The notes under the pieces were generated by a model that ran no database searches, had not been told where the DNA came from, and saw only the letters and a program-made list of their open reading frames with translations. A DNA stretch of 35,130 bases from an uncultured Bacilli bacterium (GTDB taxonomy: Bacteria > Bacillota_I > Bacilli_A > RF39 > UBA660): positions 1 to 35,130 of the forward strand of contig CANRGQ010000003.1 in NCBI GenBank assembly GCA_947630195.1, written 5' to 3'. This document shows, piece by piece, positions 1 through 8,184 of this stretch. Made by a program: the position numbers and the translations under genes. Positions within the stretch are counted from its first letter, which is position 1; every line of letters begins with the position of its first letter.

Positions 1-30
1 TAAATTTAATATAATATCTTCTTTATTCAT
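1..30 (-). CDS. 5' end of a gene running off the window (MNKEDIILNL...), first cargo gene of the putative second secA-associated cassette
   Basis: ATG at 30 with AGAAAGGA SD about 10 nt upstream; frame open to the window edge. Confidence 0.6.
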   Translation of the reverse strand, partial: MNKEDIILNL

Positions 31-106
31 TTTCTTTTGTTCCTTTCTACATACATTATATCATATATGTATGTTAAAAGGAACATACTTTTTGCTTTTT
101 TCCTAA

Positions 107-153
107 AAATTAAAAAATGTTAACATAATTTATTCGTTAACATTTTTTAATTT
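107..153. terminator. AT-rich 18-bp inverted repeat, probable bidirectional terminator
   Basis: AAATTAAAAAATGTTAAC (107-124) / GTTAACATTTTTTAATTT (136-153), 11-nt loop. Confidence 0.55.
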
Positions 154-181
154 CAAATGATTTTTTAGTTTTTTTAATTTT

Positions 182-203
182 TTTGCAAACAATTTGCAAA
201 CAA
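182..203. repeat. 11-bp tandem direct repeat TTTGCAAACAA x2, candidate integrase arm-type site of second cassette
   Basis: Copies at 182-192 and 193-203, 89 bp beyond the stop of the duplicated secA end; same position as the AACTTATCTAA x2 repeat relative to the real secA stop (83 bp). Confidence 0.6.
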
Positions 204-267
204 AATTCATTATTTTCCTGCTTCTTTAGTAATTTTTATATTTTGTATTTTGTATTTGATATAAATT

Positions 268-283
268 CCTTTATTTATAAGGG
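268..283. repeat. Imperfect palindrome CCTTTATTTATAAGGG downstream of duplicated secA end
   Basis: Counterpart of CCCTTATTTTATAAGGG at 2622-2638, similar spacing from the stop codon. Confidence 0.55.
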
Positions 284-291
284 ATTCAAGC

Positions 292-336
292 CTACTTTCC
301 ACAACAGTTTTTATACTTTTTACCACTCCCACAAGG
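292..336 (-). repeat. Duplicated, synonymously recoded 3' end of secA (PCGSGKKYKNCCGK*), displaced att-site copy
   Basis: Encodes exactly the last 14 aa + stop of SecA (2648-2692); 8 of 15 codons differ, all at third position; no start codon or upstream secA sequence. Confidence 0.9.
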
Positions 337-457
337 TGATTAATTAAAACAACCAAGTAATTTTTTCCTTTTAAATTGGGCTTTTTTATCTAAACATTTT
401 AATATATTATGTTTAAATTGCAATAAAGTAATGTTTATTTTCTTACAATAAAGTTTA

Positions 458-480
458 AACTTATCTAATAACTTATCTAA
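458..480. repeat. AACTTATCTAA x2 (458-468, 470-480), candidate arm-type site at distal end of islet
   Basis: Identical 11-mer also doubled at 2544-2565, same orientation. Confidence 0.7.
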
Positions 481-486
481 AAAATT

Positions 487-1794
487 CTAATTATTATGGT
501 TATTCCACTTTAGTTGTCTTTTTAATGCAACTTCAATATATTTCCATGTTTCTTCATTTGATAATCTAGCAAGAATAAATGGGTGCCTTGTATCTAAAAA
601 AATTTTTTTAAAATCTTCTATTGTATATTGATTCTTATCTAAAAATTCTAATACAAGACCTGAATGAATTTGGGATATATAATCATCCATTGTAAATTTT
701 CTAAAACTATCCCCTTCTTTATCTAATTCAACAACTTGAACATCTCTATAAACAATTTGAGTTAGCAAATCTAAAGCAATATCACTTTTATTCTCATAAT
801 TAGCTATCTCATACATCGTTACATATTGTTGAATTGCTAGTTGTAAGCATCTTATAGCATTAAAATTTTCTAATACTCTATCGGTTTTGTTTCTTTTAGA
901 GGCTATAATAAAAATCTTATATCCTGTGTTATCAAGATCTGAAGCTACTTTATTTGCAAATTGCCACATAATATCCCTAACACTAACACTTTTATATTTA
1001 ATTTTCTCAAAATCTGTCATATATTCGCTATATACAAATTCGTTCTTTTTCATTATTCTTTCAAAAAATAATATTTCTCTTATTTTTTTATCATAGTCTT
1101 CAAAATCTTTTAATGTTTTGTCACTTAATTCTAATTTTTCTTTACTGTACATATCAGTTCTAATATAGATCTTGTTATTACAATTTGGACATTTTCTATT
1201 TACTTTTATTTGTTTGTCTAAAATACAACCACAACTTATGCAAGCATTATTACTTAAGCTTTCTTTTGCTTCCTTTAAATTGAATGCACAATTTCTAATA
1301 TAATCATAATATTCTTCATCAAAATATTTTAATTTTCTTTGACTATTGTTGTTTGAAATGTCTATTATTTTAGTTTTATTCCCCTTTTGATTTTCATCAT
1401 TATTAATTTTACTATTTATATCGTTAAGGATAATATTTAGTTGTGGATCGCAACAATGACCATATGAATCTTTAATATTTTGTTTTAATTCTTGTATTTT
1501 TTTCTCTCTGTCATCTTTATCTTCAATCCTATTAATTTCTTTTAATTTTTTATAATATGTATCATTTAATTGCTCATAAATTCTTTTTTGAAAAGTTTCA
1601 AAACTATCAACATGTAATTTCGAATATTTTTTTTCTAGCTCTTTTAATTGTCTGAAATATGACATCATAATTTTGTCAGATAAAACATATTCTTTAAAGG
1701 TGTCGTATCCTTTTACATTTTTTTCGTTCAATTCATTTATCTGCTTCATTAAAGATTTATATTTTTTCAAATATATTGAATCAAATAATCCCAT
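487..1794 (-). CDS. Hypothetical 435-aa protein with coiled-coil-like N-terminus and a C4 zinc ribbon
   Basis: ORF with AGGTG SD; CISC-x13-CPNC motif (CISCGCILDKQIKVNRKCPNC). Confidence 0.8.
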   Translation of the reverse strand: MGLFDSIYLKKYKSLMKQINELNEKNVKGYDTFKEYVLSDKIMMSYFRQLKELEKKYSKLHVDSFETFQKRIYEQLNDTYYKKLKEINRIEDKDDREKKIQELKQNIKDSYGHCCDPQLNIILNDINSKINNDENQKGNKTKIIDISNNNSQRKLKYFDEEYYDYIRNCAFNLKEAKESLSNNACISCGCILDKQIKVNRKCPNCNNKIYIRTDMYSKEKLELSDKTLKDFEDYDKKIREILFFERIMKKNEFVYSEYMTDFEKIKYKSVSVRDIMWQFANKVASDLDNTGYKIFIIASKRNKTDRVLENFNAIRCLQLAIQQYVTMYEIANYENKSDIALDLLTQIVYRDVQVVELDKEGDSFRKFTMDDYISQIHSGLVLEFLDKNQYTIEDFKKIFLDTRHPFILARLSNEETWKYIEVALKRQLKWNNHNN

Positions 1795-1833
1795 TAAATC
1801 ACCTACTTTTGTTATTTATTATATCATAAATAC

Positions 1834-2454
1834 TTAAAAATCTATCATACAGTTTCCAACAATCCAAAGTAATTTGCTATCATAAATTTTATTAAAGTCT
1901 TCAAAGTTAAATCTTGTAATTCTATTATAATACGGATAATTAATCTTATCTTCATCTGAAATGCAATTTTTTATATCTTTTATGAGCTTGGCAAATAATA
2001 TATTTATCTGTTTTAGCAAATTAATTAATTCATTTGCTTCAATTTTAATAGTTTCATGTTTAATCTTAAAATTAAACTCAAAATAACAATATTTTCCACT
2101 TGCAGAAAAAGTTCTTTTTATTTCATGCATTTTATGTTCATATTTATTTCTAATCTTTCTTATTTTATCTAATATTTCATAATTGTTTTCTAGTATTTTA
2201 TTATAATCAAAATATAGATAAGAAATATTTTCTCTATATTCTAATAGTCCATCTGAATTTATACATTTTAAAACACCATTAGTGATTGAATAAGGAACTA
2301 ATCTAGGAATATCTTGTAGTATATCCAATATCTCCTTATGACTAGATTCATACTTAATAGATACATTAGTGCCACATAACTTTATCAATTTTTGATTTAA
2401 TATATATAATGTTTCAATATATCCAGATAAAGAATTAGCAATTTCAATATTCAT
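1834..2454 (-). CDS. Hypothetical 206-aa helical protein with HEPN-type R-x4-H motif (putative RNase/defence effector)
   Basis: AAGGAGG SD; KIRKIRNKYEH contains R-N-x3-H (2134-2151); family call from the motif only. Confidence 0.6.
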   Translation of the reverse strand: MNIEIANSLSGYIETLYILNQKLIKLCGTNVSIKYESSHKEILDILQDIPRLVPYSITNGVLKCINSDGLLEYRENISYLYFDYNKILENNYEILDKIRKIRNKYEHKMHEIKRTFSASGKYCYFEFNFKIKHETIKIEANELINLLKQINILFAKLIKDIKNCISDEDKINYPYYNRITRFNFEDFNKIYDSKLLWIVGNCMIDF

Positions 2455-2543
2455 ATTATACCTCCTTTAGCTTCACTATTATTGAACAATATCTTTTTTT
2501 CATAATAAATTTAATATTTTTTCATATGCTAATAAAATTTAAA

Positions 2544-2565
2544 AACTTATCTAAAACTTATCTAA
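2544..2565. repeat. AACTTATCTAA x2 (2544-2554, 2555-2565), candidate arm-type site at secA-proximal end
   Basis: Perfect tandem 11-mer matching 458-480. Confidence 0.7.
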
Positions 2566-2621
2566 TCGCTATTTTCTATTAAAAAATACCTAAAAATTGG
2601 AACAAGAAAAAACTCGTTTTT

Positions 2622-2638
2622 CCCTTATTTTATAAGGG
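2622..2638. repeat. Palindrome CCCTTA-TTTTA-TAAGGG after secA stop (terminator or recombination accessory site)
   Basis: 6-bp inverted repeat; homologous copy at 268-283. Confidence 0.55.
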
Positions 2639-2647
2639 TTTGCGAGT

Positions 2648-5134
2648 TTATTTGCCACAACAATTTTTATATTTCTTACCACTACCACATGGACATGGAT
2701 CATTTCTTCCTACTTTAGTAACTCTTTTGGGAGCACTTTTAACTGTTTCTTTACCGTCATTAGCAACTCCTTTTAAAGTTTGTTTTCTTTCACTATTTTG
2801 ACGAACTTCGGCTTTAAGTAAGAATTGCGCCGTTAAATCTTCAATCTTAACAAGAAGACTATCAAACATTTCAAATCCTTCCATCGTATAGGCTTGGATT
2901 GGATTTGTTTGACCATATCCTCTTAGAGAAATTCCTTCTTTTAAATGTTCCATGGCACTCATATGATCTACCCAGTTAGAATCAATTATTCTTAAAGATA
3001 TCGCTTTTTCAAATTCATTCATAACTGGCGTATCAATCATTTTCTTTTCATAATCAGAAATAATTAATTTATAAATTTTTTCTCTTAATTCTTCATCATT
3101 TAAATCTTTAACATCTTTTAATTTTAAAGCATCATTTTTAAGATAGTTAGCATTAACATATTCAACTAATTCTTTTTTGTCATCTTCACTAATACTACCA
3201 TCTTTAGAATAATGACTTTCAATTAAATTAGTAATGGTATTTTTAAATACCCCAAGAATATTTTCGTGAATACTATCACTATCTAAGATTTCATTTCTTC
3301 TATTATAAATAATTTCTCTTTGTTCATTTAAAACATTATCATAATCAAGTAAAGTCTTACGAATATCGTAGTTATTACCTTCAACCTTCTTTTGAGCGGT
3401 TTCAATACTCTTAGTTAAGGCTTTAGAACGAATAGCTTGCATTTCTTCAATACCAAGTCTTGCGAGCATATTTCTTATACTTTCCGTACCAAATCTTCGC
3501 ATTAAGTCATCTTCAAAAGAAACAAAGAATTGACTTTTACCTGGATCTCCTTGACGACCGGCACGACCTCTTAATTGGTTATCAATACGACGGGACTCAT
3601 GTCTTTCCGTACCAATTACACAAAGGCCTCCAAGTTCCTTAACGCCTTCACCTAACTTAATATCGGTACCACGACCAGCCATATTGGTTGCTAAGGTAAT
3701 CGCCCCTTTTTCTCCGGCTTTCGCAATAATTTCCGCTTCTCTTTCATGGTTTTTGGCATTTAAGACTTCATGTTTTAATCCCGCTTTTTTAAGTAAACTA
3801 CTTAAATATTCATTGGCCTCAACAGAGATAGTACCAATCAAAATTGGTTCACCAGTGGCATGTATTTCTTTAACATAATTAATAATCGCATTATATTTAC
3901 CTTTACTAGTAGCGTATACTAAATCAGCATAATCTTCTCTAATAACTTCTTTATTTGTTGGTATTTCAATAACATACATGTTATAGATATTTCTAAATTC
4001 TTCTTCTTCGGTTTTAGCAGTACCTGTCATACCAGCCAATTTTTTATACATTCTAAATAAGTTTTGGAACGTAATCGTCGCCATTGTTTTAGTTTCTTCA
4101 TTAATAGTTACATTTTCTTTTGCTTCAATGGCTTGATGTAAGCCATCACTAAATTGTCGCCCAAACATTAAACGACCGGTAAATTGGTCAACGATAATAA
4201 CTGCATCATCTTGCACTACATAATCAACATCTTTTTTAAACCCATAATTGGCTTTTAAAGCTTGATTTAAATGGTGTACTAAAGCCGTATTATCTAAATC
4301 ATATAGATTTTTTAAATTGAAATAACTTTCAATTTTTTTACTACCTTCGGCAGTTAAACTAACATTTTTAGTTTTAACATCAATATCATAATCTTCTTCC
4401 TCTTTTAATCTTTTAACGGCTCTATCAGCTTCCACATAAAGATTTTTAGAGTTCATTCTACCCCCACTTATAATAAGCGGAGTTCTCGCTTCATCAATTA
4501 AAATAGAGTCAACTTCATCGATAATACAGAAGTTAAGTGGTCTTTGGACTCTATCTTCACTTCTTACGACCATATTATCTCTTAAGTAGTCAAAACCAAT
4601 TTCATTATTAGTGGAATATAAAATATCACAATTATAAGCATCTTGTTTTTCTTTTGGGCTCATTTCTCTTAAGTTGATACCTACAGTTACCCCTAGTAAA
4701 TCATAAACCGGTCTCATCCATTCCGCATTACGAGTTGATAAGTATTCATTGGTTGTAACAACATGAACACCTTTACCTGTTAAAGCATTAACATATGCAG
4801 GCAAGATAGTGGTTAAGGTTTTACCTTCACCAGTTTTCATCTCGGCTATATTACCATAATGGATAGCAAGTCCTCCTAGAAGTTGAACATAGAACGCTTT
4901 CTCTCCAATCGTTCTATAAGCGGCTTCTCTTGCTAAAGCAAATGCTTCCACTAAGATATCATCTAAAGTTTCACCTTTAGCTAATCTTTCTTTAAATTCT
5001 TCTGTTTTCTTTTTAAAATCGGCATCCTTTAATTTTTGCATATCTTCATCTAAAGCCACAATTTTATCGGCAATGCCTTCAAACCTTTTTAATTCTTTAT
5101 ACTCACTATTTAATAGTCTTTTTAATAGTCCCAT
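2648..5134 (-). CDS. secA: Preprotein translocase subunit SecA
   Basis: MKTGEGKT, DEVDSILIDEARTPLIISG, TNMAGRGTDI, RRIDNQLRGRAGRQGDPG, C-terminal SEC-C GRNDPCPCGSGKKYKNCCG. Confidence 0.99.
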   Translation of the reverse strand: MGLLKRLLNSEYKELKRFEGIADKIVALDEDMQKLKDADFKKKTEEFKERLAKGETLDDILVEAFALAREAAYRTIGEKAFYVQLLGGLAIHYGNIAEMKTGEGKTLTTILPAYVNALTGKGVHVVTTNEYLSTRNAEWMRPVYDLLGVTVGINLREMSPKEKQDAYNCDILYSTNNEIGFDYLRDNMVVRSEDRVQRPLNFCIIDEVDSILIDEARTPLIISGGRMNSKNLYVEADRAVKRLKEEEDYDIDVKTKNVSLTAEGSKKIESYFNLKNLYDLDNTALVHHLNQALKANYGFKKDVDYVVQDDAVIIVDQFTGRLMFGRQFSDGLHQAIEAKENVTINEETKTMATITFQNLFRMYKKLAGMTGTAKTEEEEFRNIYNMYVIEIPTNKEVIREDYADLVYATSKGKYNAIINYVKEIHATGEPILIGTISVEANEYLSSLLKKAGLKHEVLNAKNHEREAEIIAKAGEKGAITLATNMAGRGTDIKLGEGVKELGGLCVIGTERHESRRIDNQLRGRAGRQGDPGKSQFFVSFEDDLMRRFGTESIRNMLARLGIEEMQAIRSKALTKSIETAQKKVEGNNYDIRKTLLDYDNVLNEQREIIYNRRNEILDSDSIHENILGVFKNTITNLIESHYSKDGSISEDDKKELVEYVNANYLKNDALKLKDVKDLNDEELREKIYKLIISDYEKKMIDTPVMNEFEKAISLRIIDSNWVDHMSAMEHLKEGISLRGYGQTNPIQAYTMEGFEMFDSLLVKIEDLTAQFLLKAEVRQNSERKQTLKGVANDGKETVKSAPKRVTKVGRNDPCPCGSGKKYKNCCGK

Positions 5135-5220
5135 AATCCACCTCGCCTTTTATTATAACACGACTTCCTAGAAAATAAAATTAAATCAGCAAATTTTATT
5201 AAATGAACAAATAAATTTAG

Positions 5221-5248
5221 TTGACTTATTGAATTATAGTGCTATAAT
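5221..5248 (+). promoter_or_regulatory. SigmaA promoter for the downstream ORFan
   Basis: TTGACT-16bp-TATAAT with extended -10 TG. Confidence 0.7.
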
Positions 5249-5276
5249 ATACCAACAAAGAAAGGGGAAAATAGAA

Positions 5277-6176
5277 ATGGACAACCAACAAAAATCTAAA
5301 TTAAATGAAATAATCACTTTATTAATTTTAACGACAGCTATTTTATCAGGAGCTATATTTACACTAAATAAATTAGATTCTAACAACAAAAAGGTAAAAT
5401 TGTCCAAAAATGATGATGTAAAAAAAATAACATCAGAAACAGAGGACTCTTTAGGTAAGGAAGATGTCTTTATAAGTGAAGATGAAGTTGACTATCAAAA
5501 ATTGGCAGCTAATTATGAAAAATCTTCACCATCTCAAAGTTTGGAAGACCAAATATATGATACAGAAAAATATTATATTGTATATAAAAATGGCTTACCA
5601 AAATTATATTATCTTAAAGAACCACATTTGATTTATGATTTAAATGATAAAAATGAACAAGAATTTATCAGAATTTATTGTGATGATACACCAAAATTTG
5701 ATAAAAAAGAGATAGTTAGTAGTTATGCTATAATTCCATGTCAAAAAATTATATCTTTAGATACATTTAATAATGAAACTTATGATTTTTTAAATAATGG
5801 CGAAAAAGTAGATAATTATCTTGATAACAATTATCAATATCCTACTACCTTCTATACCTATAATTATAATCTATTTGGAAAAAAACAAGAAAATGACTAC
5901 ATAAAAGAAGATTTAGGTATCTTTAAATTTATTAATGATTTAACTGGCGAGGTAGAATACCATATAGGTTATCAAGTTTCTTTCATGGGTGTTAAAGAAG
6001 AAATTCCTTATATCTATGACATAAAAGATAACCAAAATTATCGTTTACCTGATGTTGGTACTGTAGAATTTATAAGTATTAAGGATTATTGGGAAGAAAA
6101 AACAATCACCGCAAATAAAGCAATGGAAATTTTAAATGACTACATTAATAATCCGCAAAAAAATTTAAAAAAATAA
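5277..6176 (+). CDS. Hypothetical membrane-anchored protein (~299 aa)
   Basis: Start moved to ATG 5277 (AAGGGG SD; the ORF-track TTG lies inside the promoter); single N-terminal hydrophobic helix IITLLILTTAILSGAIFTL. Confidence 0.75.
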   Translation: MDNQQKSKLNEIITLLILTTAILSGAIFTLNKLDSNNKKVKLSKNDDVKKITSETEDSLGKEDVFISEDEVDYQKLAANYEKSSPSQSLEDQIYDTEKYYIVYKNGLPKLYYLKEPHLIYDLNDKNEQEFIRIYCDDTPKFDKKEIVSSYAIIPCQKIISLDTFNNETYDFLNNGEKVDNYLDNNYQYPTTFYTYNYNLFGKKQENDYIKEDLGIFKFINDLTGEVEYHIGYQVSFMGVKEEIPYIYDIKDNQNYRLPDVGTVEFISIKDYWEEKTITANKAMEILNDYINNPQKNLKK

Positions 6177-6194
6177 ATAATATAATCTAAAAAC

Positions 6195-6767
6195 CTAACA
6201 AGGTTTTTTTGTTTTTAACTTTATTATATACCAAATGCCCACTATTATGCTGCCAAGGAAGGCCACAAGCATATCTTCCATTGTATCAAAGACCCCAGTA
6301 GTTAAATGATGTTGCACATCCATCTTTAATATTATATCGGCCCCAAACTCCACAAATTCCCAAAGAGATGATGCCATTAAACTAAAACAAATGATAAATA
6401 AAACATTAAACCACATATTTTCTCTTTTATAAACTTTGAACCAGTTTAAAACTTCAATTCCCAGAATACTTGTAAGAATACCGGATGCAAAATGGGCTAA
6501 AACATCATACCACCAAAACATATCATAAAAACTTAAAACACTTCCTAAAAATTGAACCAAGAAAATAAAAATAATATAAATCAGTTCCCCTTTAGGACTT
6601 ATCTTAAGTCTAAATATATTCCCTATTATTTTTGGAAAACATAAAACAAGTAGCATTGAAGCACTAGCAATTACTCTATCATAGATATTATTATAAATAA
6701 AATATCCCATAAATATTAAAGATACTACACTAATAAGTATTATTAGAAAATTATTAAACTTCTTCAT
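6195..6767 (-). CDS. Multi-pass membrane protein, DUF2238/YjdF-like
   Basis: Start ATG 6767 after GAGGTG; motifs WWYDVLAHF, SLWEFVEF, DTMEDM; about 5-6 hydrophobic segments. Confidence 0.7.
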   Translation of the reverse strand: MKKFNNFLIILISVVSLIFMGYFIYNNIYDRVIASASMLLVLCFPKIIGNIFRLKISPKGELIYIIFIFLVQFLGSVLSFYDMFWWYDVLAHFASGILTSILGIEVLNWFKVYKRENMWFNVLFIICFSLMASSLWEFVEFGADIILKMDVQHHLTTGVFDTMEDMLVAFLGSIIVGIWYIIKLKTKKPC

Positions 6768-6832
6768 TCTACACCTCTTAAATATAAGGATAATTATATC
6801 AAAAAAATCTAAATAACGCATTATAAATCATC

Positions 6833-6861
6833 TTTACTTAAAAATTATCCCATGTTATAAT
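6833..6861 (+). promoter_or_regulatory. SigmaA promoter for 99-aa ORF
   Basis: TTTACT-17bp-TATAAT with TG extension. Confidence 0.6.
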
Positions 6862-6880
6862 AACAAACCGAGGTGAGATA

Positions 6881-7180
6881 ATGAAAGAACTAATTAATAA
6901 TATTGAAATTTTAGCTAATCAAGTTTTAATTACTTTAAAGAAAGATAAAGTATCTTATAAAGAATTTAACATTGCTTATGAAACATATTTATATATTATT
7001 AAATTAAAAGAATATTCTAATGAATTAGTAGAATATGAAGATTCTATAAGAAATCTTTTAATAAATGCTAAGGTTTCTTCTAAAGAAGAATTAGAAATGA
7101 TTTATGTCGGACACATAAAAAGAGACTTACAACCAAAAGAAGAAGAACAAAAAATACCTTGCCTACCATTTAAAAAATAA
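6881..7180 (+). CDS. Hypothetical 99-aa protein
   Basis: GAGGTG SD, own promoter, ends at a terminator. Confidence 0.7.
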   Translation: MKELINNIEILANQVLITLKKDKVSYKEFNIAYETYLYIIKLKEYSNELVEYEDSIRNLLINAKVSSKEELEMIYVGHIKRDLQPKEEEQKIPCLPFKK

Positions 7181-7210
7181 AAATCTACCACGCGGTAGAC
7201 TTTTTTATTT
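7176..7210. terminator. Bidirectional intrinsic terminator between 99-aa ORF and hpf
   Basis: TCTACC-ACGC-GGTAGA stem (7184-7199) flanked by A-run and T-run. Confidence 0.75.
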
Positions 7211-7732
7211 AACATTAATAATTCCGTATTTATTATCTTTTCTTTTATAAATAACTGATACACATTCTTCATCTGTATTCTTAAAAACAAAGAAATCGTG
7301 ATTTAAAAGATTCATTTGTAAGATAGCTTCTTCTTCATCCATTGGTTTCGTATCAATATCTTTTCTTTTTATGATATCTAACTCTTCTTCTGGCTCACTA
7401 TCAAAATCAAAACTCATTTCGGGTATTTCATTACTCGTATATCTTTTCTTAAGTCTTGTTTTATTTTTTCTTATTTGACCTTCTAATTTATCCACTACCA
7501 AATCAATTGAGGCATATAAATCTTTATCAGATACTTCGGCTCTTAAAATAAACTTATTTAATGGTATAGTTACTTCAATAGTTTGTAAATTATTCTTACT
7601 TCTAATTAAGACTTTGCAATCAATATTGTCGGCATTCTCATAATACTTATTTAATCTATCTAATTTTTCGGTAATATAATCTTTGATAGATTTTGTTACT
7701 GTTAATTTGTCCCCTCTAATAGTATATTTCAT
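7205..7732 (-). CDS. hpf: Ribosome hibernation promoting factor, long form (HPF/RaiA)
   Basis: DLYASIDLVVDKLEGQIRKNKTRL and KPMDEEEAILQMNLLNHDFFVF; lies upstream of secA as in Bacillus; ATG 7732 preferred. Confidence 0.95.
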   Translation of the reverse strand: MKYTIRGDKLTVTKSIKDYITEKLDRLNKYYENADNIDCKVLIRSKNNLQTIEVTIPLNKFILRAEVSDKDLYASIDLVVDKLEGQIRKNKTRLKKRYTSNEIPEMSFDFDSEPEEELDIIKRKDIDTKPMDEEEAILQMNLLNHDFFVFKNTDEECVSVIYKRKDNKYGIINVK

Positions 7733-7802
7733 GTTTATCACTCTCCTAACTTAATTTTATCATAAGTTAGTTAAAATTACTATTCTTTAAAAGAAAAAAC
7801 TA

Positions 7803-8015
7803 TTAAGCAATAGTTTTTTGTTGTTCTTCAACTTCAATGGCTTGTAAGCCTTTTGGAGTTTCTACTAATTTAAAGTTAACAAGGGCTCCTTCATTTAAAG
7901 TCTTATAACCATCTTTGATAATAGCTGAATAATGAACAAAAATATCATCTAAGTTTTCATACTCAATAAATCCGTAACCTTTTTCGTTATTAAACCATTT
8001 TACTTTTCCGTACAT
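7803..8015 (-). CDS. csp: Cold-shock protein (CspA family)
   Basis: [24 protein letters not shown]; ATG 8015 after GAGGTGG. Confidence 0.95.
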   Translation of the reverse strand: MYGKVKWFNNEKGYGFIEYENLDDIFVHYSAIIKDGYKTLNEGALVNFKLVETPKGLQAIEVEEQQKTIA

Positions 8016-8080
8016 CGGTCCACCTCTTTTCTTCACAATTTCATTATTCCATAAGAATACTCCTCCTGCAAGAAAAATCG

Positions 8081-8097
8081 TGCGACAAAATTCGACA
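8081..8097 (-). promoter_or_regulatory. Tandem Spo0A boxes in csp leader
   Basis: TGTCGAA (8097-8091, consensus) and TGTCGCA (8087-8081) 10 bp apart, just downstream of a TTGAAA-16-TATTAT promoter (8148-8121). Confidence 0.55.
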
Positions 8098-8184
8098 TAT
8101 TTTTTATACGAGACTATCTAATAATATCAAAATATGAAAATCTTTCAAGGCCTTTTTAGACCTTTTTTCATACTTGACATATAT

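Larger units (their letters stand above)
292..2692 (-). mobile_element. Integrase-less genomic islet (~2.36 kb) integrated in the SEC-C-encoding 3' end of secA
   Basis: Flanked by the two secA 3'-end copies; AACTTATCTAA tandem repeats inside both ends; two accessory cargo genes; no recombinase gene inside. Confidence 0.75.

Noticed and set aside
81-92. LexA/SOS box-like GAACATACTTTT upstream of the edge gene
   Set aside because: Right half-site does not match GTTC; too weak.
182-480. CRISPR array or IS ends among the short repeats
   Set aside because: Repeats are 11-bp doublets without spacers; no cas or transposase gene.
1720-1794. N-terminus of the 435-aa protein (MGLFDSIYLKKYKSL) resembling the SecA N-terminus
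   Set aside because: MGLF-type amphipathic starts are common and the similarity does not extend.
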